Positions 40,957 to 51,479 of a stretch of 64,000 bases of DNA are shown here, piece after piece (position 1 is the stretch's first letter; the number at the start of each line of letters is the position of its first letter). The stretch is taken from assembly GCA_964016885.1 (NCBI GenBank), contig OZ024740.1, forward strand, positions 108,686,001 to 108,750,000. Reading direction: 5' to 3'. A program made the translations under genes and the position numbers. This stretch comes from Eledone cirrhosa. Lineage: Eukaryota. The notes beneath the pieces were generated by a model. The model worked only from the letters and a program-made list of their open reading frames with translations. It ran no database searches and was not told the origin of the DNA.

Positions 40957-42114
40957 TTACCTCTCTGCGTCCCGGGTATCGGGCTGCACAATTTCCATTA
41001 GGGTGGGGGATGGGTTGTTGGGTGGGGTGGTGGTTTGTGGAAGTGTGGGGGCATCAGTGTGTTGTGTGGTTGGGGAGCTTGGAGTTGTGTGGGTGTTTGG
41101 GGAGGGGGTGGGATAGTTTTTTAGGAGGACGCGGTTAATGGGCCCGACGCAGGGGGGACCCACGTCCTCTTTAAAATTGTTTTTTAAAATTTTATAGGTG
41201 TCCTGTGGGGCCTTAATCATTTTGAGGTGGGGGAAATCCCCTGCCTGGGTGAAGTTAGGCCCTTGTGTTTTTATTAGATTGTTGTTGTACACAATGTTTA
41301 ACAGTTTTTTGTTTCTTGTATTTATGTATGTGTATGCATGTTTTTGTTTTTGTGTGGTGTTTTTTGTTTGCTGTTGTTGTGAGCTCTTTTGTGTTGGTGT
41401 CAGCGTTATGTTTTGGGGAGGGTTTTTTTTCATTTGTGTGTCTGAGGTGTGTTTTCTTTTTTTTCTTTTGATTGTGTGGAAGTGCTCCTCCTCGTCTGAC
41501 GACGAACTAGGGTCATCTTCCGCGTTGGAGGGGAGGGGTATATTTTCGGGTTGTGTTTGCGGTACGGGTGTTTTGGAAATTGTTTTTGTTTTTTGAGTGG
41601 AGGGGATGGGTTGGACATTGTTTTGTTTTGGTTTGAGCTGTGGTGGTTGTTTTTGTAGTGGTAGTTGTGGTGATTGTGTTGGTTGTGCAGTTGTTGGTGG
41701 TGTAGGCAGGATTGGGGTTTTCTTATTAAGTTGGGGACAGACAGCCCTCAGGTGACCTCTGGTTCCGCAGAGGTAACACGAGGGCCGTCTACCCTCAACG
41801 GTAATGTTGATGAAGGTTAGATCATCCAGTATGACGCGTTCAGGGATCTGGGCGATCCTTTCGGGCCTCATTTGAACTACAAGTTCGAGGCTCGTTCCAC
41901 TGAACGCGTCACCCGATGCCTTTCCCATGGACACCAGCATGTCATCCTCCAGGTCCAGAAAACCTGTCAAAACCCACCATATGTCCATAATCGGCAGGAT
42001 GGTGTGGATTTTTATTTTTTGTGTTCTTCTACCCATGTACGTAGGGTAGAAGGTGTATGCGGTGGATGTGATTGGTTTGATGGACAGTTTCACTGCTGTG
42101 TCCCTGTCCTTCAT
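40957..42114 (-). CDS. Retrotransposon ORF1 (gag-like nucleic-acid chaperone with zinc knuckle), 385 aa, probably N-terminally truncated
   Basis: CYLCGTRGHLRAVC is a CX2CX4HX4C knuckle. It is followed by a Pro/Thr/Gln/Lys low-complexity tail, acidic SSSSDEEE and basic KRKKRK (NLS-like). The ATG is only 5 nt from the element's 5' junction. Confidence 0.88.
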   Translation of the reverse strand: MKDRDTAVKLSIKPITSTAYTFYPTYMGRRTQKIKIHTILPIMDIWWVLTGFLDLEDDMLVSMGKASGDAFSGTSLELVVQMRPERIAQIPERVILDDLTFINITVEGRRPSCYLCGTRGHLRAVCPQLNKKTPILPTPPTTAQPTQSPQLPLQKQPPQLKPKQNNVQPIPSTQKTKTISKTPVPQTQPENIPLPSNAEDDPSSSSDEEEHFHTIKRKKRKHTSDTQMKKNPPQNITLTPTQKSSQQQQTKNTTQKQKHAYTYINTRNKKLLNIVYNNNLIKTQGPNFTQAGDFPHLKMIKAPQDTYKILKNNFKEDVGPPCVGPINRVLLKNYPTPSPNTHTTPSSPTTQHTDAPTLPQTTTPPNNPSPTLMEIVQPDTRDAER

Positions 42115-42119
42115 GAGAA

Positions 42120-42138
42120 TCTTTCATTAGAAATATAG
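42120..42138 (+). repeat. Apparent target-site duplication, right copy, element 1
   Basis: TCTTTCATTAGAAATATAG immediately follows ...TTCATGAGAA. Confidence 0.8.
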
Positions 42139-45100
42139 TAATGAAAGGGTTGATGACATAGGCAGTGTCATCATTAGAAATATAGTAATGAAAGGGTTGA
42201 TGACATAGGCAGTGTCTTTCATTAGAAATATAGTAATGAAAGGGTTAATGACATAGGCAGTGTCTTTCATTAGAAATATAGTAATGAAAGGGTTGATGAC
42301 ACAGGCAGTGTCATCATTAGAAATATAGTACTGAAAGGGTTGATGACATAGGCAGTGTCTTTCATTAGAAATATTGTACTGAAAGGGTTGATGACATAGG
42401 CAGTGTCTTTCATTAGAAATATTGTACTGAAAGGGTTGATGACATAGGCAGTATCATCATTAGAAATATTGTAATGAAAGGGTTGATGACATAGGCAGTG
42501 TCATCATTAGAAATATAGTAATGAAAGGGTTGATGACATAGGCAGTGTCTTTCATTAGAAATATTGTAATGAAAGGGTTGATGACATAGGCAGTGTCTTT
42601 CATTAGAAATATTGTACTGAAAGGGTTGATGACATAGGCAGTATCATCATTAGAAATATTGTAATGAAAGGGTTGATGACATAGGCAGTGTCATCATTAG
42701 AAATATAGTAATGAAAGGGTTGATGACATAGGCAGTGTCTTTCATTAGAAATATTGTAATGAAAGGGTTGATGACATAGGCAGTGTCTTTCATTAGAAAT
42801 ATTGTAATGAAAGGGTTGATGACATAGGCAGTGTCTTTCATTAGAAATATTGTAATGAAAGGGTTGATGACATAGGCAGTGTCTTTCATTAGAAATATAG
42901 TAATGAAAGGGTTGATGACATAGGCAGTCTCTTTCATTAGAAATATAGTAATGAAAGGGTTGATGACATAGGCAGTATCATCATTAGAAATATAGTAATG
43001 AAAGGGTTGATGACATAGGCAGTCTCTTTCATTAGAAATATAGTAATGAAAGGGTTGATGACATAGGCAGTCTCTTTCATTAGAAATATAGTAATGAAAG
43101 GGTTGATGACATAGGCAGTCTCTTTCATTAGAAATATAGTAATGAAAGGGTTGATGACATAGGCAGTGTCTTTCATTAGAAATATAGTAATGAAAGGGTT
43201 GATGACATAGGCAGTCTCTTTCATTAGAAATATAGTAATGAAAGGGTTGATGACATAGGCAGTGTCTTTCATTAGAAATATAGTAATGAAAGGGTTGATG
43301 ACATAGGCAGTGTCTTTCATTAGAAATATTGTAATGAAAGGGTTGATGACATAGGCAGTGTCTTTCATTAGAAATATAGTAATGAAAGGGTTGATGACAT
43401 AGGCAGTGTCTTTCATTAGAAATATAGTAATGAAAGGGTTGATGACATAGGCAGTATCATCATTAGAAATATAGTAATGAAAGGGTTGATGACATAGGCA
43501 GTGTCATCATTAGAAATATAGTAATGAAAGGGTTGATGACATAGGCAGTGTCTTTCATTAGAAATATTGTAATGAAAGGGTTGATGACATAGGCAGTGTC
43601 TTTCATTAGAAATATAGTAATGAAAGGGTTGATGACATAGGCAGTGTCTTTCATTAGAAATATAGTAATGAAAGGGTTGATGACATAGGCAGTGTCTTTC
43701 ATTAGAAATATTGTAATGAAAGGGTTGATGACATAGGCAGTGTCTTTCATTAGAAATATAGTAATGAAAGGGTTGATGACATAGGCAGTGTCTTTCATTA
43801 GAAATATAGTAATGAAAGGGTTGATGACACAGGCAGTGTCTTTCATTAGAAATATTGTACTGAAAGGGTTGATGACATAGGCAGTGTCTTTCATTAGAAA
43901 TATTGTACTGAAAGGGTTGATGACATAGGCAGTGTCTTTCATTAGAAATATAGTAATGAAAGGGTTGATGACATAGGCAGTCTCTTTCATTAGAAATATA
44001 GTAATGAAAGGGTTGATGACATAGGCAGTGTCTTTCATTAGAAATATTGTAATGAAAGGGTTGATGACATAGGCAGTGTCTTTCATTAGAAATATAGTAA
44101 TGAAAGGGTTGATGACATAGGCAGTGTCTTTCATTAGAAATATTGTAATGAAAGGGTTGATGACATAGGCAGTGTCTTTCATTAGAAATATAGTAATGAA
44201 AGGGTTGATGACATAGGCAGTGTCTTTCATTAGAAATATAGTAATGAAAGGGTTGATGACATAGGCAGTATCATCATTAGAAATATAGTAATGAAAGGGT
44301 TGATGACATAGGCAGTGTCATCATTAGAAATATAGTAATGAAAGGGTTGATGACATAGGCAGTGTCTTTCATTAGAAATATTGTAATGAAAGGGTTGATG
44401 ACATAGGCAGTGTCTTTCATTAGAAATATAGTAATGAAAGGGTTGATGACATAGGCAGTGTCTTTCATTAGAAATATAGTAATGAAAGGGTTGATGACAT
44501 AGGCAGTGTCTTTCATTAGAAATATTGTAATGAAAGGGTTGATGACATAGGCAGTGTCTTTCATTAGAAATATAGTAATGAAAGGGTTGATGACATAGGC
44601 AGTGTCTTTCATTAGAAATATAGTAATGAAAGGGTTGATGACACAGGCAGTGTCTTTCATTAGAAATATTGTACTGAAAGGGTTGATGACATAGGCAGTG
44701 TCTTTCATTAGAAATATTGTACTGAAAGGGTTGATGACATAGGCAGTATCATCATTAGAAATATTGTAATGAAAGGGTTGATGACATAGGCAGTGTCATC
44801 ATTAGAAATATAGTAATGAAAGGGTTGATGACATAGGCAGTGTCTTTCATTAGAAATATTGTAATGAAAGGGTTGATGACATAGGCAGTGTCTTTCATTA
44901 GAAATATTGTACTGAAAGGGTTGATGACATAGGCAGTATCATCATTAGAAATATTGTAATGAAAGGGTTGATGACATAGGCAGTGTCATCATTAGAAATA
45001 TAGTAATGAAAGGGTTGATGACATAGGCAGTGTCTTTCATTAGAAATATTGTAATGAAAGGGTTGATGACATAGGCAGTGTCTTTCATTAGAAATATTGT

Positions 45101-45249
45101 AATGAAAGGGTTGATGACATAGGCAGTGTCTTTCATTAGAAATATTGTAATGAAAGGGTTGATGACATAGGCAGTGTCTTTCATTAGAAATATAGTAATG
45201 AAAGGGTTGATGACATAGGCAGTCTCTTTCATTAGAAATATAGTAATGA

Positions 45250-48200
45250 AAGGGTTGATGACATAGGCAGTGTCTTTCATTAGAAATATAGTAATGAAAG
45301 GGTTGATGACATAGGCAGTGTCTTTCATTAGAAATATAGTAATGAAAGGGTTGATGACATAGGCAGTGTCTTTCATTAGAAATATAGTAATGAAAGGGTT
45401 GATGACATAGGCAGTCTCTTTCATTAGAAATATAGTAATAAAAGGGTTGATGACATAGGCAGTGTCTTTCATATGAAGGGGTTGATGACATAGGCAGTGT
45501 CTTTCATATGAAGGGGTTGATGACATAGGCAGTGTCTTTCATTAGAAATATAGTAATGAAAGGGTTGATGACATAGGCAGTGTCTTTCATTAGAAATATT
45601 GTAATGAAAGGGTTGATGACATAGGCAGTGTCTTTCATTAGAAATATTGTAATGAAAGGGTTGATGACATAGGCAGTGTCTTTCATTAGAAATGTTGTAA
45701 TGAAAGGGTTGATGACATAGGCAGTGTCTTTCATTAGAAATATTGTAATGAAAGGGTTGATGACATAGGCAGTGTCTTTCATTAGAAATATAGTAATGAA
45801 AGGGTTGATGACATAGGCAGTGTCTTTCATTAGAAATATTGTAATGAAAGGGTTGATGACATAGGCAGTGTCATCATTAGAAATATAGTAATGAAAGGGT
45901 TGATGACATAGGCAGTGTCTTTCTTTAGAAATATGGTAATGAAAGGGTTGATGACATAGGCAGTGTCTTTCATTAGAAATATAGTAATGAAAGGGTTGAT
46001 GACATAGGCAGTGTCTTTCATTAGAAATATAGTAATGAAAGGGTTGATGACATAGGCAGTGTCTTTCATTAGAAATATAGTAATGAAAGGGTTGATGACA
46101 TAGGCAGTGTCATCATTAGAAATATAGTAATGAAAGGGTTGATGACATAGGCAGTGTCTTTCATTAGAAATATAGTAATGAAAGGGTTGATGACATAAGC
46201 AGTGTCTTTCATTAGAAATATAGTAATGAAAGGGTTGATGACATAGGCAATATCATCATTAGAAATATAGTAATGAAAGGGTTGATGACATAGGCAGTGT
46301 CTTTCATTAGAAATATAGTAATGAAAGAGTTGATGAGATAGGCTGTGTCTTTCATTAGAAATATTGTAATGAAAGGGTTGATGACATAGGCAGTGTCTTT
46401 CATTAGAAATATAGTAATGAAAGGGTTGATGACATAGGCAGTGTCTTTCATTAGAAATATTGTAATGAATGGATTAATGACATAGGCAGTGTCATCATTA
46501 GAAATATTGTAATGAAAGGGTTGATGACATAGGCAGTGTCTTTCATTAGAAATGAAGTAAGTAAAGGGTTGATGACATAGGCAGTGTCTTTCATTAGAAA
46601 TATTGTAATGAATGGATTAATGACATAGGCAGTGTCTTTCATTAGAAATATAGTAATGAAAGGGTTGATGACATAGGCAGTGTCTTTCATTAGAAATATA
46701 GTAATGAAAGGGTTGATGACATAGGCAGTGTCTTTCATTAGAAATATTGTAATGAAAGGGTTGATGACATAGGCAGTCTATTTCATTAGAAATATAGTAA
46801 TGAAAGGGTTGATGACATAGGCAGTGTCTTTCATTAGAAATATTGTACTGAATGGATTAATGACATAGGCAGTATCATCATTAGAAATATAGTAATGAAA
46901 GGGTTGATGACATAGGCAGTGTCATCATTAGAAATATAGTAATGAAAGGGTTGATGACATAGGCAGTGTCTTTCATTAGAAATATAGTAATGAAAGGGTT
47001 GATGACATAGGCAGTGTCATCATTAGAAATATTGTACTGAATGGATTAATGACATAGGCAGTGTCTTTCATTAGAAATATTGTAATGAAAGGGTTGATGA
47101 CACAGGCAGTGTCTTTCATTAGAAATATTGTACTGAAAGGGTTGATGACATAGGCAGTGTGATCATTAGAAATATAATAATGAAAGGGTTGATGACATAG
47201 GCTGTGTCTTTCATTAGAAATATTGTACTGAATGGATTAATGACATAGGCAGTGTCTTTCCTTAGAAATATAGTAATGAAAGGGTTGATGACATAGGCAG
47301 TGTCTTTCATTAGAAATATAGTAATGAAAGGGTTGATGACATAGGCAGTGTCTTTCATTAGAAATATAGTAATGAAAGGGTTGATGACATAGGCAGTGTC
47401 TTTCATTAGAAATATAGTAATGAAAGGGTTGATGACATAGGCAGTGTCTTTCATTAGAAATATAGTAATGAAAGGGTTGATGACATAGGCAGTGTCTTTC
47501 ATTAGAAATATAGTAATGAAAGGGTTGATGACATAGGCAGTCTCTTTCATTAGAAATATAGTAATAAAAGGGTTGATGACATAGGCAGTGTCTTTCATAT
47601 GAAGGGGTTGATGACATAGGCAGTGTCTTTCATATGAAGGGGTTGATGACATAGGCAGTGTCTTTCATTAGAAATATAGTAATGAAAGGGTTGATGACAT
47701 AGGCAGTGTCTTTCATTAGAAATATTGTAATGAAAGGGTTGATGACATAGGCAGTGTCTTTCATTAGAAATATTGTAATGAAAGGGTTGATGACATAGGC
47801 AGTGTCTTTCATTAGAAATGTTGTAATGAAAGGGTTGATGACATAGGCAGTGTCTTTCATTAGAAATATTGTAATGAAAGGGTTGATGACATAGGCAGTG
47901 TCTTTCATTAGAAATATAGTAATGAAAGGGTTGATGACATAGGCAGTGTCTTTCATTAGAAATATTGTAATGAAAGGGTTGATGACATAGGCAGTGTCAT
48001 CATTAGAAATATAGTAATGAAAGGGTTGATGACATAGGCAGTGTCTTTCTTTAGAAATATGGTAATGAAAGGGTTGATGACATAGGCAGTGTCTTTCATT
48101 AGAAATATAGTAATGAAAGGGTTGATGACATAGGCAGTGTCTTTCATTAGAAATATAGTAATGAAAGGGTTGATGACATAGGCAGTGTCTTTCATTAGAA

Positions 48201-49500
48201 ATATAGTAATGAAAGGGTTGATGACATAGGCAGTGTCATCATTAGAAATATAGTAATGAAAGGGTTGATGACATAGGCAGTGTCTTTCATTAGAAATATA
48301 GTAATGAAAGGGTTGATGACATAAGCAGTGTCTTTCATTAGAAATATAGTAATGAAAGGGTTGATGACATAGGCAATATCATCATTAGAAATATAGTAAT
48401 GAAAGGGTTGATGACATAGGCAGTGTCTTTCATTAGAAATATAGTAATGAAAGAGTTGATGACATAGGCTGTGTCTTTCATTAGAAATATTGTAATGAAA
48501 GGGTTGATGACATAGGCAGTGTCTTTCATTAGAAATATAGTAATGAAAGGGTTGATGACATAGGCAGTGTCTTTCATTAGAAATATTGTAATGAATGGAT
48601 TAATGACATAGGCAGTGTCATCATTAGAAATATTGTAATGAAAGGGTTGATGACATAGGCAGTGTCTTTCATTAGAAATGAAGTAAGTAAAGGGTTGATG
48701 ACATAGGCAGTGTCTTTCATTAGAAATATTGTAATGAATGGATTAATGACATAGGCAGTGTCTTTCATTAGAAATATAGTAATGAAAGGGTTGATGACAT
48801 AGGCAGTGTCTTTCATTAGAAATATAGTAATGAAAGGGTTGATGACATAGGCAGTGTCTTTCATTAGAAATATTGTAATGAAAGGGTTGATGACATAGGC
48901 AGTCTATTTCATTAGAAATATAGTAATGAAAGGGTTGATGACATAGGCAGTGTCTTTCATTAGAAATATTGTACTGAATGGATTAATGACATAGGCAGTA
49001 TCATCATTAGAAATATAGTAATGAAAGGGTTGATGACATAGGCAGTGTCATCATTAGAAATATAGTAATGAAAGGGTTGATGACATAGGCAGTGTCTTTC
49101 ATTAGAAATATAGTAATGAAAGGGTTGATGACATAGGCAGTGTCATCATTAGAAATATTGTATTGAATGGATTAATGACATAGGCAGTGTCTTTCATTAG
49201 AAATATTGTAATGAAAGGGTTGATGACACAGGCAGTGTCTTTCATTAGAAATATTGTACTGAAAGGGTTGATGACATAGGCAGTGTGATCATTAGAAATA
49301 TAATAATGAAAGGGTTGATGACATAGGCTGTGTCTTTCATTAGAAATATTGTACTGAATGGATTAATGACATAGGCAGTGTCTTTCCTTAGAAATATAGT
49401 AATGAAAGGGTTGATGACATAGGCAGTGTCTTTCATTAGAAATATAGTAATGAAAGGGTTGATGACATAGGCAGTGTCTTTCATTAGAAATATAGTAATG
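45250..49500. repeat. Higher-order tandem duplication of satellite, period 2,126 bp (ends approximate)
   Basis: Offsets 45504/47630, 45830/47956, 46212/48338, 46451/48577, 47119/49245. Confidence 0.88.
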
Positions 49501-51197
49501 AAAGGGTTGATGACATAGGCAGTGTCTTTCATTAGAAATATTGTAATGAAAGGGTTGATGACATAGGCAGTGTCTTTCATTAGAAATATAGTAATGAAAG
49601 GGTTGATGACATAGGCAGTGTCTTTCATTAGAAATATAGTAATGAAAGGGTTGATGACATAAGCAATGTCTTTCATTAGAAATATAGTAATGAAAGGGTT
49701 GATGACATAGGCAGTGTCTTTCATTAGAAATATAGTAATGAAAGGGTTGATGACATAGGCAGTGTCTTTCATTAGAAATATAGTAATGAAAGGGTTGATG
49801 ACATAGGCAGTCTTTCTTTAGAAATATAGTAATGAAAGGGTTGATGACATAGGCAGTGTCTTTCATTAGAAATATAGTGATGAAAGGGTTGATGACATAG
49901 GCAGTGTCTTTTATTAGAAATATGGTAATGAAAGGGTTGATGACATAGGCAGTGTCGTTCATTAGAAATATAGTAATGAAAGGGTTGATGACATAGGCAG
50001 TGTCATCATTAGAAATATAGTAATGAAAGGGTTGATGACATAGGCAGTGTCTTTCATTAGAAATATAGTAATGAAAGGGTTGATGACATAAGCAGTGTCT
50101 TTCATTAGAAATATAGTAATGAAAGGGTTGATGACATAGGCAATATCATCATTAGAAATATAGTAATGAAAGGGTTGATGACATAGGCAGTGTCTTTCAT
50201 TAGAAATATAGTAATGAAAGAGTTGATGACATAGGCTGTGTCTTTCATTAGAAATATTGTAATGAAAGGGTTGATGACATAGGCAGTGTCTTTCATTAGA
50301 AATATAGTAATGAAAGGGTTGATGACATAGGCAGTGTCTTTCATTAGAAATATTGTAATGAATGGATTAATGACATAGGCAGTGTCATCATTAGAAATAT
50401 TGTAATGAAAGGGTTGATGACATAGGCAGTGTCTTTCATTAGAAATGAGGTAAGTAAAGGGTTGATGACATAGGCAGTGTCTTTCATTAGAAATATTGTA
50501 ATGAATGGATTAATGACATAGGCAGTGTCTTTCATTAGAAATATAGTAATGAAAGGGTTGATGACATAGGCAGTGTCTTTCGTTAGAAATATAGTAATGA
50601 AAGGGTTGATGACATAGGCAGTGTCTTTCATTAGAAATATTGTAATGAAAGGGTTGATGACATAGGCAGTCTATTTCATTAGAAATATAGTAATGAAAGG
50701 GTTGATGACATAGGCAGTGTCTTTCTTTAGAAATATAGTAATGAAAGGGTTGATGACATAGGCAGTGTCATTCATTAGAAATATAGTAATGAAAGGGTTG
50801 ATGACATAGGCAGTGTCTTTCATTAGAAATATAGTAATGAAAGGGTTGATGACATAAGCAGTGTCTTTCATTAGAAATATAGTAATGAAAGGGTTGATGA
50901 CATAGGCAATATCATCTTTAGAAATATAGTAATGAAAGGGTTGATGACATAGGCAGTGTCTTTCATTAGAAATATAGTAATGAAAGAGTTGATGACATAG
51001 GCTGTGTCTTTCATTAAAAATATTGTAATGAAAGGGTTGATGACATAGGCAGTGTCTTTCATTAGAAATATAGTAATGAAAGGGTTGATGACATAGGCAG
51101 TATCATCATTAGAAATATAGTAATGAAAGGGTTGATGACATAGGCAGTGTCTTTCATTAGAAATATTGTAATGAAAGGGTTGATGACATAGGCAGTG

Positions 51198-51216
51198 TCT
51201 TTCATTAGAAATATAG
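51198..51216 (+). repeat. Apparent target-site duplication, left copy, element 2
   Basis: Same 19-mer and junction (...AAATATAG|GTTTCTTTT) as element 1. Confidence 0.8.
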
Positions 51217-51222
51217 GTTTCT

Positions 51223-51228
51223 TTTATT
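51223..51228 (-). promoter_or_regulatory. Polyadenylation signal AATAAA, element 2
   Basis: Same terminal sequence as element 1. Confidence 0.6.
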
Positions 51229-51479
51229 TGCCACTAGGGCATCAAAAGTGGGACAAGTACAAAGGGGGGAGTTTACACAAAAAGGCGTCGTCAATAAGGA
51301 GGAGACAATAACAAAATATAAAAATAAAATAAGATATAACAAAAAATAAAATTTTTAACAAAATCCTCAATAGAGAGGAGGCGCCTTGGGGGGTCGCACA
51401 CACCCCCGAAAAAAGTGTGCAACCCTTCTCCTCAGGAGCACAGAGAAGGGGTGCTCCCTTGATCTTTCATCTTCCTCAC

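Larger units (their letters stand above)
37232..42119 (-). mobile_element. Non-LTR retrotransposon (LINE), L1/Tx1 clade, copy 1; probably 5'-truncated, ORF2 disrupted
   Basis: Sharp satellite junctions at 37231/37232 and 42119/42120. ORF1 has CX2CX4HX4C. ORF2 has APE endonuclease, RT (YADD) and a C-terminal CCHC finger. AATAAA at the 3' end, flanking 19-bp direct repeat, no LTRs. The Tx1-like assignment comes from remembered motif style (GPGYWKLN, DQSKAFDRVDH, GGLG) plus the zinc-knuckle ORF1, not from a search. Confidence 0.95.
42120..51216. repeat. 48-bp satellite tandem array, block between the two retrotransposon copies
   Basis: Same monomer and orientation. Carries variants GACACAGG, GTCTATTTC, GAAGTAAGT and tandem 35-bp doublets that I did not see left of 37231. 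Confidence 0.99.

Noticed and set aside
40998-41003. TTAGGG telomeric motif
   Set aside because: Single hexamer within ORF1 coding sequence, not repeated.
37495-42114. Alternative genetic code (TAA=Gln) making the element one 1,539-codon ORF
   Set aside because: Only two in-frame TAA codons occur among many Gln codons, and the Q-rich ORF1 uses CAA/CAG. One of the two is the normal ORF1 terminator, followed by a Kozak ATG.
37812-42138. Short overlapping or antisense ORFs inside the element (and their copies at 51797-56123)
   Set aside because: Shadow frames of ORF1/ORF2 with no recognisable motifs.
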